From positions 1 to 45,972 of the forward strand of contig JAGHBC010000033.1 in assembly GCA_021161185.1 (NCBI GenBank): a DNA stretch of 45,972 nt, written 5' to 3'. A program made the translations under genes and the position numbers. The notes under the pieces are model-generated. The model worked only from the letters and a program-made list of their open reading frames with translations, was not told the origin of the DNA and ran no database searches. Position 1 is the stretch's first letter. Each line of letters opens with the position of its first letter. This document shows, piece by piece, positions 10,349 through 20,639 of the stretch. Origin of the DNA: Fidelibacterota bacterium (GTDB lineage Bacteria; Fidelibacterota; UBA2242).

Positions 10349-13300
10349 TTACTCCAATTTTACCGACACAATCTGAGAAACTCCGCTTTCAGACATCGTA
10401 ACACCATAAAGTGAATCGGCTATGCTCATTGTCGATTTATTATGAGTTATAACAATAAACTGAATATTCTCAGAATATGTTTTTATTACATCCGTGAAAC
10501 GCCGGGTGTTTTTATCATCCAACGGCGCATCTACTTCATCTAAAATGCAAAAAGGACTGGGTTTAACCTGATAAATTCCAAACAAAAGGGCAATTGCAGT
10601 CAAAGCTTTTTCACCGGCAGACAGCATTTTAAGAGACCGCATTTTCTTGCCGCTGGGACAGGCCCAAATTTCGATTTGCGCTTCGAGGGGGTCGCTGTCA
10701 CCGACCATCCTGAGGTCGGCTTCACCGCCATCAAAAAATATTGAAAATGTCGATTTAAAATTATATCTGATCTTTTCAAAGATATCCGAAAACTGTTCCC
10801 GAGCTATTTTATCAATTTGATTTATGACCTCATTCAGCCCCTTTTCCGATTTTATCAGGTCATCCCTTTGCTCCGTTAAAAAACTGAGACGCGAGTTCTC
10901 TTCCTCAAACTCATCCTTCACTGTCATATTAACCATACCAATCAGTTCAAGATTACGTTTATAACGATCAACTATCCGTTGAGCTTCCTGTAATTCCGGA
11001 AGATCTTCCTGAACCTCGGCCGGGATTTTCTGATTATATTTTTCCAATAAAATGGATTGTATTTCGTTAATAGATGCCCGGTAACCGGATTTTTCCAACT
11101 CCAGCTGACCGATTGTATCCGTCAGAATTTCCTTTTCACGTCGTAAACGATACATCTGATCACTCAAATCCTGAAGAGATGTACGCAGGTCTTGGAAAGA
11201 ATTGCGAAATTCGTTGATAACCTTTTCAGCCGTTGTTACCTGCTGCTGAAAATCATTCGACTGCTTTTCATTGGAATCAATTTTTTGCTGAATCTCAGCG
11301 CTGTCCTTTTTTAATTTATCTTTTTCCAATTGAGCTGCTGCTTTATTCTGCAATGCTCGCTGAATAGTTCTCTGCGCTATTTCCCTGCTGTCGGCAAGAT
11401 TTCTGAATCTGTTTTCAAGATTGATCAACTCGATTCGCTGATTTTGTCTCTCCATATTCACCTGGTCCAATTCGGTCTTCACTACAGCAGCAGATTCTTT
11501 ATAAGTATTTATTTTTGCTTCTATAACCTGAATCTCGCTATCCAGATTAACTTTACCCGGATCTTCCCGGGACATTCGTTCTTTAAAATTTTCAATCATG
11601 ACCCGTAAGGATACGCGATTGTCATTTAATGTTTTGCGGATACTTTTCGTCTCGAGTAACTTAGATTCGCTGCTTCGCAATTGTTCCTGAAAATCCCTGA
11701 GTTTCTGTTCCTTTTCCCTGATGGTCTGGTTAATTTTCTTTTTCTCATTTAACATTTTTGAAATGTCGCTGCGAACGCTTTCCAATTGAGCTTGCAACCC
11801 ATCCAGGTCATTCTGCACTGCGTCAGCTTCCTTTTCCAGGCTGTATAATCTTTCGGTACGTCCCACTAATATATTGGATTCCGAAATCTCCGAACCGCCT
11901 GTAAAGAATCCATTGGCATCCCGAAATCGTCCCTTTTCAGATACCAGTGAAATCTGCTGTAATTCACGGTCTTCAATCAAACTGTCAAACTGACTATCCT
12001 CACAGCAATAAATATTTTGAAAAAGAAATTCTTTTAAGGATTTCAACGAAGAATCACACTTAACAATTTCTAAAAGCGGACGCATTTTTTTCAAGCTGCC
12101 GGGCTGTCCCTGTGGTGCTTGAAACTCAGCATCCAATGGAATTATTGAAACCCGTCCTTTTCCATTTTGGGCAAGCTTTTCCAATGTCTCCAGGGCGGTT
12201 TTTTTATTGTTCACAACCAGCAACCGGGAAATATCTTTAATAACCGCTTCAATGGCTAAATAGTATTTTGAATCAACCGATAACAAATCGGATAAGGCTC
12301 CTTTGACTCCTTCAAATTCGCTCGGGTTCTCAAGTACAAATTGAAGCCCCGGACTAAATCCCTCCTTCGATTGGATAATACTATTATAAAACTGGATTTG
12401 ATTATTCAATCGATCTATTTTTGATTCAAGCTGCCGCTGATCTTGCTGTAGATTGCGTTCAGCTTCGATTAAATCTTCATATCGTTTATCAATCTCATTC
12501 TGATTCTCCCTATGATTATCCAGATCATTTTTTATCGATTCAACAGATTGCTGAATTTGATCCAGAATGGCAGATAATTTTTGTTCCTGTTCCTGCCGGG
12601 AATTCAATTGAATTTCGATAGCGGCAAGTTCCTTTTCCCGTTGCTGAATATTATCTTGTAAACTTCCAAAACGGGCAGAATTTTCGGCATGTTGCTTTAG
12701 CAGATCAAACCGCTCCTCCTGAAGAGTCTGGATTTCAGTATTTAACTTGCTATATTTCTGTTCAATTTCCCGATTTTCCGATTCAATAACTTTAAAAACT
12801 TCCCGCTTCCGCTGAAGAGTTTTTTGAACTTCGGCATATTGCTGTTTTAACTGAGTCTCTTTATTCTCATTTTCACGGATAGTCTGCTCAAAGGACTGTA
12901 TCTCAGTTTGTAAGCGAATAATAGACTGATTAATATTGCGTAATTGTTCCTTAAAGAGTAAGCTTTTTGTTTGGTATTTATTTCTTTTATCACGAATTAC
13001 TACTAATTCGCGATTTTTTTTCTCCAGGGTTTGCTCCTGTTCCTCAAATTTCTGTTGTTTGGAATTCCACACCTCTTCCTTTTTATTCAGATCTGCCACT
13101 ATCTTTTCCAGTTTCTGACGGTCGGATTGCAACCGGGATTCAATGGGAGTAAGAGATGATCTAATATCAGTCACTTTCCGGGCGGCAAGTTGAACTTCGG
13201 AGCTGATTAACTTCTGAGTGATTTCCTGATGTTTTTCATACCGATGCAGCTGTTTTCGTAAACTTTTAACTTGTGAATCCACTTCGGAAATGATGTCATT

Positions 13301-13873
13301 TAAACGGACTAAATCATCTTTTGTGGCTTCCAGTTTCCGCAGCGCCGCTTTGCGTTGAACTCTATATTTATTAACACCGGCGGCTTCCTCGAATAACCGT
13401 TTACGCTCATCGGGATTTTCACTCAAAATATCCTCGATCATTTTAAGCTCTATGATCGAATAAGCATTGGCACCCATTCCGGTATCGATAAACAGATCGG
13501 TTATATCTTTCAGCCGGCAAACGTTATTATTAATAAAATATTCACTCTCTCCATTACGGTATAACCGGCGGGTTATTACAATATCGGAATAAGGTAAAGA
13601 AATTCTGCCGCTGACATTATGAATCGTCAAGGATACTTCCGCCAGGTTTAACGGTCGCCGAGTAGCTGTACCGTTGAAAATAACATCGGTGTTTCGATCC
13701 GCCCGTAATACACTGGATTTCTGTTCACCGATCACCCAGCGGACGGCATCAACAATATTCGTTTTACCACAGCCGTTGGGTCCAACAACGGTAGTTATTC
13801 CTCTACCAAAATGAATTTCCGATTTTTTGGAGAACGATTTGAAGCCATAGAGTGAAAGTTTTGAAATATACAT
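10349..13873 (-). CDS. smc: Chromosome segregation protein SMC
   Basis: GFKSF, Walker A GPNGCGKTN, long coiled coils, hinge GX6GX3GG, signature LSAGE, Walker B 'ILDEVDAPLD'. Confidence 0.97.
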   Translation of the reverse strand: MYISKLSLYGFKSFSKKSEIHFGRGITTVVGPNGCGKTNIVDAVRWVIGEQKSSVLRADRNTDVIFNGTATRRPLNLAEVSLTIHNVSGRISLPYSDIVITRRLYRNGESEYFINNNVCRLKDITDLFIDTGMGANAYSIIELKMIEDILSENPDERKRLFEEAAGVNKYRVQRKAALRKLEATKDDLVRLNDIISEVDSQVKSLRKQLHRYEKHQEITQKLISSEVQLAARKVTDIRSSLTPIESRLQSDRQKLEKIVADLNKKEEVWNSKQQKFEEQEQTLEKKNRELVVIRDKRNKYQTKSLLFKEQLRNINQSIIRLQTEIQSFEQTIRENENKETQLKQQYAEVQKTLQRKREVFKVIESENREIEQKYSKLNTEIQTLQEERFDLLKQHAENSARFGSLQDNIQQREKELAAIEIQLNSRQEQEQKLSAILDQIQQSVESIKNDLDNHRENQNEIDKRYEDLIEAERNLQQDQRQLESKIDRLNNQIQFYNSIIQSKEGFSPGLQFVLENPSEFEGVKGALSDLLSVDSKYYLAIEAVIKDISRLLVVNNKKTALETLEKLAQNGKGRVSIIPLDAEFQAPQGQPGSLKKMRPLLEIVKCDSSLKSLKEFLFQNIYCCEDSQFDSLIEDRELQQISLVSEKGRFRDANGFFTGGSEISESNILVGRTERLYSLEKEADAVQNDLDGLQAQLESVRSDISKMLNEKKKINQTIREKEQKLRDFQEQLRSSESKLLETKSIRKTLNDNRVSLRVMIENFKERMSREDPGKVNLDSEIQVIEAKINTYKESAAVVKTELDQVNMERQNQRIELINLENRFRNLADSREIAQRTIQRALQNKAAAQLEKDKLKKDSAEIQQKIDSNEKQSNDFQQQVTTAEKVINEFRNSFQDLRTSLQDLSDQMYRLRREKEILTDTIGQLELEKSGYRASINEIQSILLEKYNQKIPAEVQEDLPELQEAQRIVDRYKRNLELIGMVNMTVKDEFEEENSRLSFLTEQRDDLIKSEKGLNEVINQIDKIAREQFSDIFEKIRYNFKSTFSIFFDGGEADLRMVGDSDPLEAQIEIWACPSGKKMRSLKMLSAGEKALTAIALLFGIYQVKPSPFCILDEVDAPLDDKNTRRFTDVIKTYSENIQFIVITHNKSTMSIADSLYGVTMSESGVSQIVSVKLE

Positions 13874-14008
13874 AAATGACTTTTTCAGAATTATACGTTT
13901 ACTAAGAATGCCGGGTTAATATATTCAATTTAGTTCTAAAATGTAATTCCAATTTTGTTGAACGGAGAGTGAGACAAACCGGCGGTTATTATTATCTTTA
14001 AACAGCTC

Positions 14009-14356
14009 CTATCCCGGTGGCCAGGTCATTTTACGCCCGCCAAATAAATGCAGGTGAATATGGTCAACTTCCTGCCCGCCGTTTTCACCGCAATTGAACA
14101 CTAACCGATAACCCGATTCTGATATCTGTTCCTGTTCGGCAAGCTTAATCGCCACGAGAATCATTCTGCCGACTAATTTATCATCATTCCCCTTCAATTG
14201 CCTGATTTGAGGAATATGCCGGCGAGGTATAATCAGAATATGAACGGGCGCCTGAGGATTCATATCCCGGAAGGCTACCAGTTTTTCATCCTGATACACA
14301 AACTGCGTATCGAATACTCCGGTCGCAATTTTACAAAATACACAATCTTGTTCCAC
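14009..14356 (-). CDS. hinT: Histidine triad nucleotide-binding protein
   Basis: 'DCVFCKI', 'PQAPVH', HIHLH triad, WPPG end. Confidence 0.93.
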   Translation of the reverse strand: MEQDCVFCKIATGVFDTQFVYQDEKLVAFRDMNPQAPVHILIIPRRHIPQIRQLKGNDDKLVGRMILVAIKLAEQEQISESGYRLVFNCGENGGQEVDHIHLHLFGGRKMTWPPG

Positions 14357-14368
14357 GCTAAAACCTTT

Positions 14369-15085
14369 CTAATTAAAGTGTGCAAATATACTCGTAACGG
14401 CAACAATAGCAGCCAGCTCCGTACGCAGTCTGTTGGAATGAATATTTACCGGAATGAATCCTTTGGCAACAGCGGATTCAATTTCTTCAGAATGCAAACC
14501 GCCTTCGGGCCCGATGAGTAAGACAACTTTTTTATCGCCGGCATATCTGTTCAGCGCCGATTTTATTGACATGGAATTCTCCTGTTCAGCAACGAGTTTT
14601 GCCGGCACCGACGCTACGGAATCCAGCCAGTTTTTCAATTCAATGGGTTGGCAGATTTCAGGTAAATAGAAGTTGCTACTCTGCTTAACCGATTCAATCG
14701 CAATCTTTCGCATCCGTTCCGAATTAAATCCCTGCTTGACGGAATGCTTAGTTAATAGCGGCACAAATTGCGTAACACCCAGCGCCGAGGCTTCCCGAAT
14801 TATCAGATTCAGCGCTTTACTTTTAATCAACCCGACCGCCAGAATAATATCCGCCGGCATTTGCCTTTCTGCTTTTTTTCGGGATGTTATCCGGCATTCA
14901 CAACTGTTTTTGGTTAGACCGCCTATCCGGGCAGTATATATATCTCCCTGACCATTAAACAGGGCTATCTCCTCTCCGGCTTTTTTTCTCAGGACCTGAA
15001 TGCAATGCCGGAATTCATCACCTTCGAGTATAGCTATGTCATCTGTGATTTTGTTAGAAGGAACGTAAAAGATAAATTGGTGCAT
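14369..15085 (-). CDS. rsmE: 16S rRNA m3U1498 methyltransferase
   Basis: 'HCIQVLR', 'IGPEGG', 'RLRTELA'. Confidence 0.92.
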   Translation of the reverse strand: MHQFIFYVPSNKITDDIAILEGDEFRHCIQVLRKKAGEEIALFNGQGDIYTARIGGLTKNSCECRITSRKKAERQMPADIILAVGLIKSKALNLIIREASALGVTQFVPLLTKHSVKQGFNSERMRKIAIESVKQSSNFYLPEICQPIELKNWLDSVASVPAKLVAEQENSMSIKSALNRYAGDKKVVLLIGPEGGLHSEEIESAVAKGFIPVNIHSNRLRTELAAIVAVTSIFAHFN

Positions 15086-15774
15086 TAAAACTTTTTCCCA
15101 ATACCGATCTTTACCACGAGACCGTTAAAATTCTTACGACCAGTGTAAAAATCCGAGGCATCATATTCATCGGGAATTATAAATTCTTCCGGTTTATCAA
15201 TTTTATGGTTGAATTTCAAATAATCATAACCGACAAACAGAGATATCAAGGTCCCCGGTTGGTAGCTAAAATCAATTCCGGTTCCGATACTAACAGCCGT
15301 TGTAAAAAATATTTTGATATTTTTCATGCGGTCGGAAAAGTCCGGTATATTCGGCGGATCAATGGCAATTACCGGTCCGGCACTCAGATGTAAAAAAGGT
15401 CGGAAATTATTTGCCAACTTATCAACAAAAAGGATCCGTTTATAGCCAAGTTGAACCGGTAATAGATTCAAGCGGGTTTTATCATACCGCTCAAAAGCAT
15501 AATATCCATAGGGATCGTAGTATGGGTCGTAAATCGGGTAATCGTTTTTGCCACGGACAATTAACCAATGCAGACTGGCTATCAGCCTGTTTGACGCATT
15601 CAGAGACCACTCAAAATATCCTCCAAAACCGGTGCCGTTAGTTGTCTGAATTATTGAAAATCCACCGTACTTTGCGTCGGGATCATCAATACTATACTTT
15701 GATTGCCCGACAGCAGGCTTCAGACACGCTAAACTCATCATTAAAACGATCACTAAATAATATTTGTATTTCAT
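15085..15774 (-). CDS. Hypothetical exported protein, probable outer-membrane beta-barrel
   Basis: Signal peptide, alternating beta-strand pattern, C-terminal Phe ('VKIGIGKKF'). Confidence 0.7.
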   Translation of the reverse strand: MKYKYYLVIVLMMSLACLKPAVGQSKYSIDDPDAKYGGFSIIQTTNGTGFGGYFEWSLNASNRLIASLHWLIVRGKNDYPIYDPYYDPYGYYAFERYDKTRLNLLPVQLGYKRILFVDKLANNFRPFLHLSAGPVIAIDPPNIPDFSDRMKNIKIFFTTAVSIGTGIDFSYQPGTLISLFVGYDYLKFNHKIDKPEEFIIPDEYDASDFYTGRKNFNGLVVKIGIGKKF

Positions 15775-15943
15775 AACATCTCGCTAATTTTCCTACCAAA
15801 ATTTACATTCCTAATCCAGAAAGCAAAAGTTTTTTACTACATTTACCGGAGAATGTTTCAGAATTGAGCAATAAGTTCAATTCACAATGTTGTATTTAGG
15901 AAAATTTAAAGTATATTTCGTCAGCTGATTTTAAAGGAAATTT

Positions 15944-17020
15944 ATGAATAATACCGTCCACCTGATGCGATTTCACCATAATGAACCGGTTGATCAGACC
16001 AAAAACCGGTTAAAAAAATTATTCAAAACCGCCGGATTTGATAAAATAGTCAAAACCGGTGATATCACCGCCGTAAAAGTTCATTTTGGCGAACCGGGCA
16101 ATAAAACTTATCTCTCTCCTCACTATGTCGAACCAATTGTACGGATGATTAAAAGTTGCGGCGCGAAGCCTTTTGTTAGCGATACAAATGTCCTTTATAA
16201 AAGCCGCCGGGATAACGCTATCGACCATCTCAGCGTTGCAACGGAGCACGGTTTTACACCTGCAAAACTTGGCGCGCCAATCATCATTGCAGACGGAATT
16301 TTGGGCAGGAACGAGACGGAGATCGAGATTGATGCGCCGCTCAATAAAAGGATTTCACTGGCAACGGAATTTGTTTCCGCAAATTCAGCAGTTGTCCTTA
16401 CTCACGCCACCGGGCATTTGACAACCGGGCTGGCAGCTACGATCAAGAATCTCGGCATGGGCATGTCCAGCCGCAAAGGGAAACTAACCCAACATTCCGT
16501 CTCCAAACCGATTATTAGTGAAACCAAGTGCACAACCTGCGGCGTCTGTACCGACTGGTGTCCGGTGGACGCTATCACCATAGAAAACGAATTCGCCCTG
16601 ATTAATGAAGAAATCTGCATCGGGTGTGGGGAATGTCTGACGGTTTGCCGGTTCAATGCCGTTAAGTTCAAGTGGGATAGTTCGTCCGAATTACTTCAGA
16701 AGCAGATTGCCGAACACGCCCTTGGGATTGTTAAACAAAAAAAGAGTAAAATGGCATATTTGACCTTTATGATCAATATGACCAAAGATTGCGACTGTCT
16801 GGCACAGAAGCCGATTTCGGTGATTGATGACATTGGCGTACTGGCGGGGACTGATCCCGTATCAATCGACCAGGCGGTTTACGATTTAACCAAACAGCAG
16901 GCGAACAGAAGTCTTTCCGAATTATCCTATCCCGATATAGATGCTAATGTCCAGTTGGAATATGGCGAAAAGATTGGACTGGGAAGCAGAAAATACCATC
17001 TGATTGAAACAAAATATTAA
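15944..17020 (+). CDS. DUF362 domain protein with 2x[4Fe-4S] ferredoxin domain
   Basis: 'AVKVHFGEPGN', 'IKNLGMG', two CxxCxxCxxxC motifs, 'DCDC', 'DPVSIDQA'. Confidence 0.88.
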   Translation: MNNTVHLMRFHHNEPVDQTKNRLKKLFKTAGFDKIVKTGDITAVKVHFGEPGNKTYLSPHYVEPIVRMIKSCGAKPFVSDTNVLYKSRRDNAIDHLSVATEHGFTPAKLGAPIIIADGILGRNETEIEIDAPLNKRISLATEFVSANSAVVLTHATGHLTTGLAATIKNLGMGMSSRKGKLTQHSVSKPIISETKCTTCGVCTDWCPVDAITIENEFALINEEICIGCGECLTVCRFNAVKFKWDSSSELLQKQIAEHALGIVKQKKSKMAYLTFMINMTKDCDCLAQKPISVIDDIGVLAGTDPVSIDQAVYDLTKQQANRSLSELSYPDIDANVQLEYGEKIGLGSRKYHLIETKY

Positions 17021-17064
17021 GCAGTATGTTTCTATATAATTGAAATATTTACTTTGGAGAAGAA

Positions 17065-20043
17065 ATGGATACCAGCCAATTAATTTACTACTATAACAAA
17101 TTCAAATACGGTGAAGATAGCTTTCACTACCTGATGAAAAATAAAGTAAGAGAAATCCTGCTTATTTCCACATTCTATGACGCCTTCATTTTTGAGCAAG
17201 ACGGCAGATTATCAGAACAGATATACGGTGAGTACCGACAGCTAAATTTAAGCACCGCACCTATGGTCACGAGTGTACCAACCGGTGAAGAAGCTCTGAA
17301 AATGCTGGAGATAAAGAAATTCGACCTTGTAATCACAATGCTTCACATCGGTAAAATCACATCCTTTGAAATTGTTAAACTCATCAAAGAACAAAACCCT
17401 GATTTACCGGTATTGTTACTCTTAAATATGCAGTCGGATTTGAGTTTACTGAAAAATTATACCGACAAATTAAGTCTGTTCGATAATATTTTCCTCTGGA
17501 AAGGCGATGCCAAACTTTTCCTGGCGATGGTTAAATCCGTTGAAGACAAACGGAACCTGGAATATGACACCAAACAGGGGCTCGTCAGGGTAATTCTGTT
17601 GGTAGAGGATTCCATTCAATATTACTCCACTCTCCTGCCCCTGCTTTATGAGGAGATTGTAAAACAGACCCAGATATTAATCCGTGAAGAAATGAACGAT
17701 ATTAATAAACGACTACGGATGCGCGTTCGTCCAAAAGTTATCCTTGCTCATAATTACGAAGAAGCACTTGAAATTTATAATAAATATAACGAGTACATAA
17801 TAGCAGTCTTTTCCGATATTAGTTTTGAACGAAATAACAGACTGGATCCCGAAGCCGGCGTCAGGTTGATTTCAAAAGTAAAAGAAAATATCTATGACAT
17901 ACCTACAATTTTAATGTCTTCCGATTCAAGTAATAAAAAGAAAGCCGATCAGATTAATTCGACTTTCATCGACAAACACTCCAAACATCTGCTCCAAAAA
18001 CTGCGCCAATTTGTGCTGGATAATCTTGGCTTCGGTGATTTTATATTCAGAAACGAAGCCGGGGAGGAAATCGATCGGGCTTGCACCTTAATTGAATTTG
18101 AAAAAAAATTAAAACTTGTCCCCGATGAATCAATCCTGTTTCACAGCAGACGGAATCACTTCTCCGCCTGGTTAATGGCGAGAGGCGAAACTCAGATTGC
18201 CAAAAAAATGCATCTGTTAACGGTTAAAGACTTTGCAACAACTGCCGATATGCGCCGGCATTTAGAAGAAACTTTGTATTTTATCCGTAAGAATCGAAAT
18301 AAAGGTAAAATTGTTAGTTTCCACCCTGCCAGTCTTTTTCAACCTACTGAAATTATTCGCTTAGCTGAAGGCTCTTTGGGAGGCAAGGGGCGCGGTCTGG
18401 CATTTTTAAACGCCTTGCTCACGAGTATGGAATTTGAAAAACAATTCCCGGACATTAATATATCACTTCCGAGTACGGCAATTATCGGCACTAATGAATT
18501 TGATGATTTTATCTACCGAAACAGTCTAAATGACCGTATAAGCGATGATCAGGACGATCTGGAAATCGACAAAATATTCCTGAAATCCGCGCTCTCTCCC
18601 GGTTTGATCGAACACCTCAAGATTTTCATTCAGCACATTAAATACCCTTTAGCGGTCAGGTCTTCCGGTTTGCTGGAGGATTCCTTTTCACAGCCCTTCG
18701 CCGGCATTTACCGAACCTACATGCTCCCAAATAACCATCCCGATGACAATGAACGGTTACGGCAGCTCCTATCGGCAGTTAAGCTGGTCTTTGCCTCCGT
18801 GTTTATAAAATACTCCCGGTCATACATCGAAAATCTCAACCATCAGGTGGAAGAGGAAAAGATGGCGGTAATTATCCAACAGGTGGTGGGCTCACGGTTT
18901 GGTGATTACTTTTATCCTCATCTTTCCGGTATCGCCCAAAGCTATAATTTTTATCCTATCTCTAATCTTCAAAATGAGGACGGACTGGCATCTATTGTAG
19001 TCGGGCTCGGAAAAGCAGTTGTTGAAGGTGGAAAGCACTTCCGCTTCTGCCCGAAGTATCCGAAAATTGAATTTCTCCAACAAAAAAGTTTACTGGATAA
19101 TTCTCAAAAATCGTTTTTCGGAATAAACCTTGAAAAAGATACTTTTGATCTTCTGGATGGCGAAAATTCAACAATTAGCAAACTTGAGATAAATGAGGTT
19201 GAACCGCATGATGCCCTGACGCATACGGCTTCAGTTTGGGATTATCAGGATAATCGGTTGATCCCAGGTGTAAATCGAAAAGGTCCACGCATAATTACTT
19301 TCGATAATATCATAAAATATCGGCATTTCCCGCTTGCCGAAATTACGAGCAAACTGCTTGAAATTGGAGAAGAGGCTTTGGGAATGCCCGTGGAAATTGA
19401 ATTTGCGGTTAACCTGAACAGCAATAGGACAAAAAAACAATATCCGACATTTTATATTTTACAAATTCGTCCTTTGGCAATCAGCTCTGAAAACATAGAG
19501 ATAACAATAGACAAGATCGCTAAAGATCAGTTGTTTCTGTATACAGAAAAAGGAATGGGGAACGGGATTGTTGATTATATTCAGGATATCATTTACCTGG
19601 ATCCTAACAAATTCGATAAACTGAAAACCATTGAAATGCAGCAGGAAATAGCCGCTCTCAATGAGAAAATGCGAGAGGCAAATCGTGAATATATTTTGAT
19701 CGGACAGGGTCGTTGGGGCTCACAGGATCAGTTCCTTGGTGTTCCCGTCCGTTTTGTGCAGATCAGTAACGCTAAAATCATCGTCGAAACGGGTATTGAC
19801 GGTTTTGACATCGATCCATCACAGGGAACGCACTTCTTCCACAATATTGTTGCCATGAAAATCGGTTATTTTACAATCCCCTACAAATCTCGGGCGGATT
19901 TTATCGATTGGCAATGGCTCTCTCAATTGGAAGTAATTGAGCAAAAAAATTTCTTTGTACATGCCAAAGCGCCCAACCCCCTGTTAGCAAAAATGGATGG
20001 CAAAACCGGTCAGGCTGTTATTTTTAAAGGGAAAAATACCTAA
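17065..20043 (+). CDS. Receiver-domain / PEP-pyruvate-binding (PPDK_N ATP-grasp) fusion protein
   Basis: Two receiver-like folds, 'GSLGGKGRGL', 'PLAVRSSGLLEDS', 'FAGIYRTY', 'EIEFAV', 'LQIRP', C-terminal 'PSQGTHFFHN'. Confidence 0.88.
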   Translation: MDTSQLIYYYNKFKYGEDSFHYLMKNKVREILLISTFYDAFIFEQDGRLSEQIYGEYRQLNLSTAPMVTSVPTGEEALKMLEIKKFDLVITMLHIGKITSFEIVKLIKEQNPDLPVLLLLNMQSDLSLLKNYTDKLSLFDNIFLWKGDAKLFLAMVKSVEDKRNLEYDTKQGLVRVILLVEDSIQYYSTLLPLLYEEIVKQTQILIREEMNDINKRLRMRVRPKVILAHNYEEALEIYNKYNEYIIAVFSDISFERNNRLDPEAGVRLISKVKENIYDIPTILMSSDSSNKKKADQINSTFIDKHSKHLLQKLRQFVLDNLGFGDFIFRNEAGEEIDRACTLIEFEKKLKLVPDESILFHSRRNHFSAWLMARGETQIAKKMHLLTVKDFATTADMRRHLEETLYFIRKNRNKGKIVSFHPASLFQPTEIIRLAEGSLGGKGRGLAFLNALLTSMEFEKQFPDINISLPSTAIIGTNEFDDFIYRNSLNDRISDDQDDLEIDKIFLKSALSPGLIEHLKIFIQHIKYPLAVRSSGLLEDSFSQPFAGIYRTYMLPNNHPDDNERLRQLLSAVKLVFASVFIKYSRSYIENLNHQVEEEKMAVIIQQVVGSRFGDYFYPHLSGIAQSYNFYPISNLQNEDGLASIVVGLGKAVVEGGKHFRFCPKYPKIEFLQQKSLLDNSQKSFFGINLEKDTFDLLDGENSTISKLEINEVEPHDALTHTASVWDYQDNRLIPGVNRKGPRIITFDNIIKYRHFPLAEITSKLLEIGEEALGMPVEIEFAVNLNSNRTKKQYPTFYILQIRPLAISSENIEITIDKIAKDQLFLYTEKGMGNGIVDYIQDIIYLDPNKFDKLKTIEMQQEIAALNEKMREANREYILIGQGRWGSQDQFLGVPVRFVQISNAKIIVETGIDGFDIDPSQGTHFFHNIVAMKIGYFTIPYKSRADFIDWQWLSQLEVIEQKNFFVHAKAPNPLLAKMDGKTGQAVIFKGKNT

Positions 20044-20073
20044 TAGCAAATTCTATTTATATTCAGATACTGA

Positions 20074-20537
20074 TTATACAGAGCAGATGTTAACTGAATT
20101 ATTACCCATCAGTTTTTCAAGATTCCCGCCAGGTAATGCATAGGCAATAAAAACTTCATCTGCCAATTCTATCATTAACCGGTTTCTAATTATCGCTGTC
20201 TTTGTAGTGGGACGTATTACCGTTTTTTCAAAAGGAGTTACTATCAACAGCCTGTTTTCTTTCACTGCTTGTTTTAATTCCGGTTTAAATCTTTTTTGCA
20301 TTCCCCGAGCAAGCACCATAATAATAGGTTGTTTTCCCTTTAATAAAAAATGCAGTACATCTTTTTCAATTTGTGAATGAAAACCGGAGATCACGCAATT
20401 CCCTTTGTCACGCTGCTCAATTGCCCAATCATAGGATTTTAGAACAACATCCGGGGGGGGTATTTGCGCGAACCAAGAAAGGCAGTTTTGAGCTCGTTAA
20501 GAATATCTTTATTTCCGATAAATTCTATTTTTCCCAA
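20074..20537 (-). pseudogene. Short DprA/SLOG-like protein frameshifted at a C8 tract
   Basis: Upstream frame (TTG 20537) GKIEFIGNKDILNELKTAFLGSRKYP joins downstream frame DVVLKSYDWAIEQRDKGNCVISGFHSQIEKDVLHFLL only if the G8 run at 20453-20460 is 6 or 9 long. Confidence 0.7.
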
Positions 20538-20585
20538 GGATTTCTGAAGTTTAATCTTCGGAGTCTACACACTTAAATTTAAAAC

Positions 20586-20622
20586 AAAAGAGGGGTTGAA
20601 AAACAACCCCTCTTCTTATTTT
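20586..20622. terminator. Rho-independent terminator of gdhA, possibly bidirectional
   Basis: Perfect stem AAGAGGGGTTG-AAAAA-CAACCCCTCTT with A-rich and T-rich flanks. Confidence 0.85.
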
Positions 20623-20639
20623 ATCCTGAAACCAGGTTA

